From assembly GCF_022045235.1 (NCBI RefSeq), contig NW_027266264.1, positions 54,498,001 to 54,562,000 of the forward strand: a DNA stretch of 64,000 nucleotides, read 5' to 3'. Under the pieces are notes generated by a model, which was given only the letters and a program-made list of their open reading frames with translations, searched no databases and had not been told where the DNA came from. Made by a program: the position numbers and the translations under genes. Shown here piece after piece: positions 53,708 through 63,200 of the stretch. Numbering within the stretch: the first letter of the stretch is position 1; each line of letters opens with the position of its first letter. This stretch comes from Haliotis cracherodii (taxonomy: Eukaryota).

Positions 53708-53874
53708 CATATCGGCGATTTGAATAAGTGTCAAACCAAATTTAACCACAACTGTTTTTGAAGCGTTGTAAACAGGACGAGCGTAAGGGTCGTATTTGTC
53801 AAGAAGTTTTCTCAGCAGTTTCTGCTCATCAGGAATCCTGTGAGGCTTCTCCAGCTTTTTCCGTCTATGTCGAC
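53708..53874 (-). CDS. nAChR alpha subunit, N-terminal exon 'a' (alternative, paralogous to exon b)
   Basis: 167 nt, acceptor TTTTGTTTCTCATTAG| (phase 1), donor ATG|GTAAGA (phase 0). Encodes (G)RHRRKKLEKPHRIPDEQKLLRKLLDKYDPYARPVYNASKTVVVKFGLTLIQIADM; 26/41 residues identical to exon b from DEQ to DM. Confidence 0.9.
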
Positions 53875-53925
53875 CTAATGAGAAACAAAACAGACACACA
53901 TATAAAACAAAATCAACGCACTCAC

Positions 53926-54123
53926 CATATCAGTAATCTGTGTTAAAGTGATCCCAAACTTTACTGTCACTTTGTCCGATGCGTTGTATACAGGCCTTGA
54001 AGCTGTGTTGTAGTCACTTAGAATTTTATCCAAAAGACGTTGCTCGTCAGTAGGAATATTAAACACAATAACCGGAAATAGAATAAAAACGTGAAGCACG
54101 TGCAACACAAACGGTGACAGCAT
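53926..54123 (-). CDS. nAChR alpha subunit, N-terminal exon 'b' (ATG + putative signal peptide + N-terminal helix + beta1)
   Basis: 198 nt: MLSPFVLHVLHVFILFPVIVFNIPTDEQRLLDKILSDYNTASRPVYNASDKVTVKFGITLTQITDM. Typical nAChR EQRLL..Y...RPV.N...V.V.F..TL.QI.D start. Ends ATG|GTGAGT (phase 0 donor), in phase with the 45-nt exon. The start codon is inferred from the hydrophobic leader. Confidence 0.9.
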
Positions 54124-54134
54124 AATCAGGCGAC

Positions 54135-54222
54135 ACTTCCGGTTGGTGTAAAAAGTTGCACGAGGGCTTAAAAGTGGATCTGGTGCATGAAAACTGTCCA
54201 AAGTAAAATTGCAAGCAATTGG
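54135..54222 (-). promoter_or_regulatory. Possible proximal promoter of exon b (CCAAT box and ETS-type site)
   Basis: Minus-strand CCAAT at 54222-54218 and AACCGGAAGT at 54144-54135, just 5' of the ATG at 54123. Short motifs that could occur by chance. Confidence 0.25.
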
Positions 54223-56234
54223 TTGACGGGATCAATACGCTTCATGTAGCATGGCTCCAGTAAAGCATATGTTTTGTAATGAAACCTCTGAAGAGTTGAC
54301 GGAACGGGCCCACTCAGCCCATCGCGTTGATCCCGGGTCTAACTCTGATAGCCAACTACTGCTATGCTGCCCGAACAACCATCCTACTGACGATGCCATG
54401 CGCACTCACTCAGCCTGCTGCCTACCGGGAGCAGGCTTCGATCCTACAATCACTCAGCTTTAGCAGAGGTACATATAACAACGACTCGTTATCATGCTTA
54501 CAATCTTCGTCTCTCAAGGACTATTCCATCCCATTGGCGTTTGTATACACGTCCATTCACATTTATCCTTAACAAGAGTTGTTAAGTAATTGAATGCTCC
54601 ATCTTTAAAATGATACCATTATCTATTCAGAAAGGTTAACGTTAATTGACTTTACGTTGTAATTGAGTTAACGTGGTTACACAGTAGCTTATGTAATATT
54701 TTCGTGGTGGGGTTATATTTAGGTGTGCGTGAACTGCTGCTGACAGATTAGGGCTGCAGGTGTTACCAGATTAAACACGCTTTTGTCCGTTGCGTGGGTG
54801 TGATTAAATTGTACTTGCGGAATACGTTGTGACGTTGGTTATAATGGACGTTTATATTGGATGAAAGTTTTCCGAATACACTTTACAAAAGCTCATCGGG
54901 GAAAGTTCAGGCATTAACAAGTAACTATTGCCTTGCCGAAATTTAAATGCTCATTTTGGACATTGATTGTATGCATGAATAAATAATGATATCAATCACA
55001 GAAAATAGATATATTTTTTTTATATTTATTGACGTTTTACTTCTTTGCGAAAACAGTGCTTTGTGCCAGAAATGAATTTGATTCCGTTTGCAGCAACTAT
55101 TCAATCTCTACAGCTATCATAGGTTTTCGCGTTTTTGCGTGCAAAGTTAACAACGAGAAATATTAGTGGGAGCATGTCATTGCAACAAAACATAATGTCA
55201 ACATAACATAATGAGACTACTTATTTTAATAGTTATATTCCACTCCCTCCTAATCAGGAATAATTTTACTATAATTATCATCATATTGGTATCTTCAATA
55301 AAAAACAACTATAAATATAGATTATCATAGTGTTTATATTTTCATTGTCATTAATTATCACGAATACTGGGTTGGCATCAATCTTTATGTTTGGCGAAAA
55401 TTGAGTTTCACAATACGTGCATTAGAATATTAAATAACTTTCAAGTTAACTAAGATGTACTTCTTTCCCTGAACTCATTCAGTGGGATATACCTTAATCA
55501 TTCCCAGGTCATATGATTAAGAACTTAATCATGCAAGATCATCCTCGGTACGTAAGACCCACCTTGTATAAATGACGTTTAACGTATCCTGATGAAACAC
55601 AATGCTCATTTTCGGTGTTTAATCTTTTCGCAAACACTTGGTGTTATCACTTTTAGTGATCAATTAATATAATTTCCAATGGAATATGTTTCGGCAGTTA
55701 ATCGAGACTGATCAATCTCTGTCGTTGACGTTTATATTTAACACTTTGCATTTGCCAGGTCTTTGCCCAGAACCTATATCACAAAGACACTATTGAATAT
55801 AAACTGGATTAATGTCGTTACATTTTTGTTAATTAGCAGGCCACGTGGTTTAGAATGCCTATGCTCCCAAGTGCATCTCAATGTGTTACATCATTGTTGA
55901 TTTTGTACGCTTTCCGTAATCGCTTTAACATTTCAGGTCTCCCAACAGTGTCACGTAATGCCTCTGAAACCCAGAGAGTCTGCGCTGGAATATTTTGGAA
56001 TGGGCGCGTAATATTGTAGCAGCAATGGTTCGCAGTGATTGCAAACATTTGCTGATTAAGTTTCCAAGAGATATTTCATGGAGCGTAATAAATGTTTTAT
56101 ATTGAAACAATGTAGAAACATCTCAGTGGAATAAACCGAACCTTTGATAAGCTTGTTTTCACTCGATGGAACCAAACAATTACATGTGGTCTTATTTTTC
56201 CTATTGTGCGATCATGCCTCCCCCGAGCCGCACA

Positions 56235-56555
56235 GACCGCCTCCATGGTCTAGTAGCAGAGCGTCCGCCCGGAAAGCGAAAGGTCGGGGGTTCGATCCCC
56301 GGCTGCGTCATACCAAAAAACGTTAAAAGATTGTACTTGTTGTTACCCTGTCTGGCGCTCGGCATTAAGGGAGCGAAACAAGCACTGATCGGCTCTGAGT
56401 CAGTATACTGTGTCTGAGTGGGTTATTCTTGGGCTCAGTGGGCTAGCATAATAAAATCGGCATTAGTCCGGACTAGTATAAGCAACCACACCTCATCTCA
56501 CCAAACCTCAAGGTAATTATGACATGTGAATACTCGGGCATTACGTTAAACTCTA
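56235..56555 (+). mobile_element. tRNA-derived SINE family C (central domain resembles the Meta-domain of MetaSINEs)
   Basis: A box TGGTCTAGTAG, B box GGTTCGATCCC, then GTCATACCAAAA.ACGTTAAAA...TACTTGTTGTTACCCTG.CTGGCGCTCGGCATTAAGG. The family assignment is from recall of the consensus; a homologue lies at 2230-2460. Confidence 0.75.
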
Positions 56556-56575
56556 TTCCCGTTAGATCCAACCAA

Positions 56576-56702
56576 TAAGAGGCGAGTAACGGGACTAACG
56601 GGATCGGGTGGTCAGACAGGCTGGCCTGGTTGATGCATGTGATCGTATCCCAATTGCGTGGATCAATGCTCATGATATCAATCACTGCATTGTCTGGTCC
56701 AG
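56576..56702 (+). mobile_element. SINE-like family B internal fragment
   Basis: GACTAACGGGATCGGGTGGTCAG...TATCCCAATTGCGTGGATCAATGCTCATGATATCAATCACTG..TTGTCTGGTCCAG. Confidence 0.85.
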
Positions 56703-56774
56703 CCGTGATGCTGTCTGAATTTATTGTTTTATAGACCCGTCTGTCTCACTAACCAACAAAAATGAACCAGTATT

Positions 56775-57010
56775 AGAGTAAGTTTGGTTTACGGCCTCTT
56801 TGAACAGTATTTCAGTTTGATCACGGCGTGTCAGTTTGATGTAAAAGGAAAGTCCACCGTCATGCAGGTCTTAGGTCACCACTTGAACCCAAGAGCAAGG
56901 GTGTGGGTCTGACAATCCTTGAATCATAATCACGGTGAATCTGGGACAAGAACCAACGAACAGCGGGTCTTGGCACGACAATGGACACACATGTGCACAG
57001 CAAATGGTAT
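56775..57010 (-). mobile_element. SINE remnant with family D-type tail
   Basis: Reverse strand ACATCAAACTGACACGCCGTGATCAAACTGAAATACTGTTCAAAGAGGC matches the tail at 36592-36640; the upstream boundary is uncertain. Confidence 0.55.
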
Positions 57011-57556
57011 CCATGTTTGTGGTTGATTTTATCTTTTAGAGTTACTATATTTACTAATTGCGACATTTGCCATTTCTAAGGGGCGCATGATAGCGGCATA
57101 GACGACTGGGCTAACCGTGCAAACACATAGATATACCAGATTGTGACTTCCCATCAAACATTTGAGATATCCTTAGGTCAGTCAAACACTTTTAATACGT
57201 TTTATCACGATGACATCATTTAATTATGCATTTGAATTAACATGCACTCTTAATACATAAGTTAAATTTCTAAATAACATTAGTAAAGCAGCCGAAAATT
57301 TTAAAGTTAAGAAGCCAGTTGACCAGTAAGGACGCCTACTTCATTATCAGCAAAAACCTCCAGTCAACCATGTTTGAGATACACACTGGGTTCCAGCCGC
57401 AGGTTCCAAGCTAGAAGTGTCATACATGTGCACCATTAGTTCCAAAGTTGGGCATGAGGGTTACAGTAGCAACTGTTGCTGTACACTGATATTCCCTGAT
57501 TGGGGGTGGGTGTGATCACGTGATCGTAGATTTCAGCCCCCATGGTAAATGTCGCC

Positions 57557-57644
57557 GACTGGCATAACTTGGCATTAAGTAAAATAGAACATCTTGATAT
57601 GACCGGCATAACTTGGCATTAAGTAAAACAGAACACCTTGACAT
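57557..57644. repeat. 44-bp tandem duplication next to a SINE-type tail
   Basis: GAC(T/C)GGCATAACTTGGCATTAAGTAAAA(T/C)AGAACA(T/C)CTTGA(T/C)AT occurs twice. Confidence 0.9.
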
Positions 57645-57748
57645 GACTGAAACACTGTTAAAGTGGCACTAACCCCCATCCCCACCTACCAAAAAAAACA
57701 CTATGTGCATCTCTTAAATTGCATACTAAATATGTGCACTTGGTGAAG

Positions 57749-57881
57749 TGAGTGAGTATGGTTTTACGCCGCTTTTAGCAATATTCCAGGAATATCACGA
57801 CATTGTACCCATGTCGGGAATCGAACCCGGGTCTTCGGCGTGACGAGCGAACGCTTAAACCACTAGGCTACCCGATCGCCC
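57749..57881 (-). mobile_element. SINE family A copy with 13-bp target-site duplication
   Basis: GCACTTGGTGAAG at 57736-57748 and 57882-57894; intact A and B boxes; internal deletion relative to the other copies. Confidence 0.92.
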
Positions 57882-58276
57882 GCACTTGGTGAAGATCGGG
57901 TAAGCAACGGTACGGTAAAATTCCAGATTACAGTGCTTAGGCGGTTCACGCGAATAGGGCACTGTTTTGCGTATTCGACGACGGGCGGCTGCCTTAGCGG
58001 TCTGTTAATCATGAGAGGGTTCATAGACACCAATAGCGATAATTAAACTTTAAAAGCACTATTGTAGATATAAATAGTGACAATGAACACATATTGCCTA
58101 ATGGTTTCTTCTGAATGTTCTACATGTATATCCCAATTACCATGTTTGCTCTTCCCTAAGAGAAACAAGTGACATCGTTACCGGTGTAATTATTTGGAAC
58201 TTCTTTTCATCGTATTGCTTTTCGATGACAAATTGGTTTAGTCTTATATTTCATTAGTTTACTGAACTGCACTAGC

Positions 58277-58491
58277 GTGAGTGAGTGAGTGCGTTTTGTT
58301 TAACGATTTTTACAGTATGTCCGTGCCATCCAGATGTCGGAAGTGATATATGTCTTAGGTGTTACTACTTTGGTGAAACCCAAGGGCACGGTTAGGGCGG
58401 TGACCTAGAGACAGAATTAGGGATCTTCGATCATAGATGTCTGTTCCACTAAGGGACGCAACTCTGCACAGCACATTGTGGCGTTTCGACG

Positions 58492-58495
<4 letters not shown>
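58277..58495 (-). mobile_element. SINE family D, diverged copy
   Basis: (GAGT)n tail, GGAAGTGAT...TTTGGTGAAACCC and GGGACGCAACTCTGCACAGC are reverse complements of family D segments. Confidence 0.65.

Positions 58496-58524
<29 letters not shown>
58496..58524. repeat. Poly-C/poly-G tract (29 nt)
   Basis: Directly visible. Confidence 0.95.
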
Positions 58525-58525
<1 letters not shown>

Positions 58526-58664
58526 GTCACACTTAGAACATGCTGTAGTTAGTTTGACATGGAGTAAGACATCAAGGCACACTTATGAACACCTCAGTGG
58601 GGTTTGTTGCCGATTTGTAACAATACATTAAGTCACATTAAGTGACGCATATATTGTGGTTTGA

Positions 58665-58780
58665 GCAACCATGAGCACGGTTATAATGATGACAAACCAA
58701 CGATCGTAATCAGAGCAAGTTTGGAATTCAAACATACAAACAGTGAATCCTGGCGTCAAGGGACGCAACTCTGCAGTGCA
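58665..58780 (-). mobile_element. SINE family D, 5' half
   Basis: CCATGAGCACGG, GGAATTCAAAC and GGGACGCAACTCTGCA match the reversed family D head. Confidence 0.6.
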
Positions 58781-58954
58781 GTCGTATCCACAGTTGGGTA
58801 TTATTAGGAGCTTGTGTGTTTACCAACTGCTAATTCTGTTTCAAGTTTTGGTAAAGCGATGGCTGGTTGTCCTAGTTCATGCCTATGTTCGATATACATG
58901 CATGTGACAATACGTGCAGGAGCATTGTAATTGATGAATGCAAAAGCTGGAGTT

Positions 58955-59550
58955 CTTCATCTTTTACTCTCCTCATCTTAGTTTCCTCATTCTCCGTAAT
59001 CTCGTGACAATCTATAATCTCCTCGTCGTCTTTAATCTACTCATTGTCTATAATCTTTCCACCCTCTATAATTCTATCATCTACAATCTCATCATCATCT
59101 GTAATCTTTTCATCATTTGTAATCTTCTCAGCATCTGTAATCATTTTATTCCTTTTGCTCTTCACATCATCTCCATACATCATTCGTCACCACTCGACTC
59201 TTTCCGTAACCTGCAAGCTTGTCCCGGAATAACACGAGTTCTCACGAATACTCCCTACATGTATCATAGCTTCAGAAAACTAGTAGTATCAAATCTCAGT
59301 ATATATAATCTTCTCATCCATAATCCAATAATCATATATACTCGCTCCATCATACCTAATCTTCACATCGCTTCAACATCTTTAATCTCATCAGCTACGA
59401 TCATTTTATAACCTAAAACCTCCTAATCAACTACACTCCACTCCATATTTATAATCATTTTATCAACAAAAATCCTCATCACCGCGCTTTATCATATTTA
59501 CTTTCCTCATCATCTATAATTGCTGCATATTCTATAATCTCCTCACCACG
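58955..59550. repeat. Low-complexity 18-mer-based repeat (ATCTATAATCTCCTCATC)n, degenerate
   Basis: Recurrent TATAATCT/TCATC; explains the pseudo-periodic IYNLLI ORF 58938-59411. Confidence 0.8.
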
Positions 59551-59841
59551 TGAACTGCATGTAAACACTACCGGTGTATACACTGGGTCTGGGTCGCTAC
59601 GACTACAGGAAATCTAATTAAAGTGTGTTAAAGTATGAGAGGTACAACAAGCGTAGGGTTACGATCGCATCGTGAAACGATGTTCCACGTGTACGACCTT
59701 CATCGAGAAGTCAAACCCAGTCAACCAAGCCTTAACCCAAGAAATCTGTGTAATATGGAACTGGTTAGTTCTAATGTTGTGACGTTGAAGGGCACGGTGC
59801 GTCATAACGCAGACAAACGTCTTCTAGTCTCTGAAATGAAC

Positions 59842-60110
59842 TGGGACACGGGTGGCCCAATCGTCTGAGGCGCTGTGCAGAGTTGCATCCCATGGACACG
59901 CCAGTAACCTATCATTGTGGGTTCGAATTCCGGTTCGCCTCGATTATGTTTCAAGGTTTGTCAGCACCATACCCGTGCTCATGGGTTTCACAGAAGTGGT
60001 AAACGTCTGGGACCTACATCACTTCTGGCTCTCCTCCAACATTAAGCTGACACGTCGCGACATGACTGGAATTCTGTTAAAAGCGGCGTTATGCCCACCT
60101 TAATCACTCA
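59842..60110 (+). mobile_element. SINE family D with 13-bp target-site duplication
   Basis: CTCTGAAATGAAC at 59829-59841 and 60111-60123; B-box-like GGTTCGAATTCC; tail CTGTTAAAAGCGGCGTTA...CACTCA. Confidence 0.85.
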
Positions 60111-60800
60111 CTCTGAAATGAACATATTTTGCAGAAACAAAACAGTTGTTTATTTACCTTAAAAAATAAAATATAAGGGAGCCAGGAGACTTTCTGCATT
60201 TCCAGACACTGCAGTAACATAGACTTGCCAACTATTATAGACTTGCATGGGCTGTATTGGATATATTTGATTCAGAACAATCGTAGATCTCGGAATGATT
60301 TGTCATATACTGCATAAGCAAATCCATATAATGACTTTATATTAAAACAGTATCTATTTTCCATTTGATAACCACATTGATCATAGACAGGGGGTACCTG
60401 TTTATAAAAGGCCAAGATTCTCGCTCAGTTAACCCTTTCCGGCGTACGCAGCATGAATAAGATGGGACGGCTAAAGTGCTGTCTTCGATGGTATTAAGTT
60501 TGAACAGCGCGTTAAGAAACGTCAAACAAGCTTAAGGTTTGACGTGGTAAGACGTGTCAGTGATGGAGGCATCTGTAGTTTTTCTGGAGATATTTTGGAA
60601 ATACAGGTCATACAAATAAATATCGCATCCTCAGGACCTCTACATGTACCTACATCAGAGATGGGGAATGGAGTATTCTTTGCAATGGAAGTCCAAATGG
60701 TCTTTGAATGGGTTCTCTTGTCCAGTTAAAGGTACGGATTTCACAATAACGTGGTATAAACACGAATATACCCTGATATATATTCAGTACGAAGGACTCG

Positions 60801-61066
60801 ACCGGCGAAAATCCGGGTAAGAATAGGTATTCAACAACCATCCGTGTCAAACAAGGCTATGCTTGTCGTAAGAGGCAACTTACATGATCGAGTGGTCAGG
60901 CTGGCTGACTTGGCTGATGCATGTCACCATATCCCAAATGCGTGGATAGATGCTCATGATATCAATCACTAGACTGTCTGGTCTAGACTCGATTATTTAC
61001 AGATCGACGTCATATAGCTGGAATATTGCTGAGTGCTGCGTTAAACAAAAAAATATACAAACAAAC
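60801..61066 (+). mobile_element. SINE-like family B copy (near full length)
   Basis: Collinear with the reverse complement of 6360-6630; tail TCATATAGCTGGAATATTGCTGAGTGCTGCGTTAAAC plus an A/C-rich run. Confidence 0.88.
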
Positions 61067-61689
61067 ATTTTTACCGTTTCTTAATCTACACATCTATTCA
61101 GCACATATTCTACGTCTGAGAAGAACCTGTTTGTTTTGTAATGTAGATGAGATGGTGCCGAAGTGATTAAAAACACATCCATCGTGTCACGTATGTATTC
61201 GTCAGTATTGTTTCATTTGGAAGTCCGTTTTTACCAATATAAAAACACATTGACAGGACACATGTATAAGAAAAATGTATTCCTAAATTCGAGATGAAAG
61301 TACATAATATTACCACTAATGGTCATATTCACTTTAGATATTCTATAAAATACAATTTCAGTTACAGAAGCAGTCCGCTTACTACATGTAGCTGCTGTGG
61401 TTGGGTGGTTAAAGTGCCATTATAATATGATAACGGCAAAACTCAAAATGCAATATATCGGTTTATATATAGCTTAATGGTGGAATAAACCAGTGGTGTA
61501 GCGTACGTTAATCTGATAACATGCATATGGGATTCAAAACTCGGTCATTATCTGCAGTATATGAATCATATTTTTCGCAGTTTCAAATTTAGAAATTGGG
61601 GTATTTGTCATGGAGACAAAGGTATTGCTTTTCATAATGTATTCAATTTGAATAATAACTGAAATTTTGAAATAAAACGATCAAAAACA

Positions 61690-61900
61690 TGTTTATGATC
61701 TTAAGACGCCTGCTAAACTCTAAGTCAAAAAAAGGTCTAAAGTCACATGAACTATTCCGACCACATCATAAGCATGTGTTTACGAATCGCTTTCAAAAAG
61801 TGATGACACAATGTGTTCGCGAAAAAGTGAGCACCGGTGGCACCATTCACATACTACTTTAGTGTTCTTCTTTGTATTCTATTAACCAGGCGGTATTGTT
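61690..61900 (-). mobile_element. Possible Crypton-like remnant
   Basis: NTKKNTK...W and LCHHFLKAIRK motifs, similar in type to 1-330. Confidence 0.25.
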
Positions 61901-63029
61901 GCCATGGAACTATTTGACGTCATCAATTGTTTGCATTGTAGAACGAGATCCCTCACAGACGTTAGAGTGTGCTAGGGAAGGGGTAAACTGTTTTATTTAC
62001 AATCAAGTTGAAAAAAACATCAGCTCTTTTCTTCATACTTGCGGGTGTTATCGTGTGTTCGATTCCAGGAAACATAACTCGAAACAGCTGGCGTTTATTC
62101 CAAGTATCCTTAAATGTCAGTCAAGTCTATGCTTGAGACAAAAAGCAGTTCAGCGCGTCACTGTTCGTGTTGTCTGCGAATATGTTCGCTACTTTCTGTT
62201 GCGTAAAATGTCATTATACGAGATATGTAATCTGGAAGTAAACATTCATCTTGGCAGGTGCGGACATTTATCATGGGCGAGTCAAATTCGATTTAAAATT
62301 TGTTTATGGTTGAAGGTGCGTATGATGGAACTAGAGCGTCGGTAAAGAGGGTGTGTTGTTAAGGCATCGTAGTAAACAATACTTTCTTGAATGTTTAGCC
62401 AAGAATGGTTAAATTCAAGTGAATACTTCTAGATAGGATACTTATACATACTTGAGATGTGTCTGGAACCAGAGACGTACTTGAAAAATATTTCTACCAG
62501 CCAAAGACAGAAATGCATTTGTAAGATCTACATCTAGATTTGTGTGGTTTTATCTGACGGTTAATACCGACAGGAAATAATCTTTTAGCAAACACTTAAA
62601 TATGCCAATTATGTTTAGCAAGTGTTTACGATTGATTACATTTTGTGTTTATCTTTAGGTGTATTTATGTATAAGGACGAAGACCGAAGATTTGCACAAA
62701 TGCATTAAATATAGAATTAGATATTCTTTATACAAACAACATCCAATATTCAAGTACCATTTAAGATGTCTGTTATAATTTATGAAACTAAGACAGGAAC
62801 TGTATGATTGGACCAGTGGAGATTCAAGGGCTCAATACAAATGGTTCACTTATATGCTTAACTGAAGGAGTAATCGGGAACCGTACTGCTATTGTCGCTT
62901 TTCGAAACGGGCCCAGAACCCATGCTTGTTATAAGAGATAGTTTGGAAGTTTGCTGATTGTGGAGTAACCATAAATTACTTACTGATTCATTATCGAGGA
63001 CCCAGTCTCTAAGGCAAATTATTGTGCAG

Positions 63030-63200
63030 GGATAGACGTGCTAGAACCCGATGACTGGGTTTGAATCCCACAATCGCCGTGATTTTGATTCCTGGTTTGT
63101 CAATACCATACCAGTGAAAGTGGATTGCCATACACAGCAGAGCTTTGTGGAACAGAGATTCGCCGTGTATCTAACTCTTAACTGGATATATGCTTAAAAC
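63030..63200 (+). mobile_element. SINE family D-like degenerate copy
   Basis: TGGGTTTGAATCCC...GGTTTGTCAATACCATACCAGTG resembles 59918-59977. Confidence 0.45.

Noticed and set aside
56860-57066. ORF containing FLSQIHRDYDSRIVRP, suggestive of a third, decayed N-terminal exon
   Set aside because: Spacing to the beta1-like residues is wrong, there is no DM|GT donor, and the DNA is better explained as a SINE remnant with a family D tail.
58938-59411. 157-aa hydrophobic ORF
   Set aside because: Product of a degenerate 18-mer repeat lacking stops in one frame.
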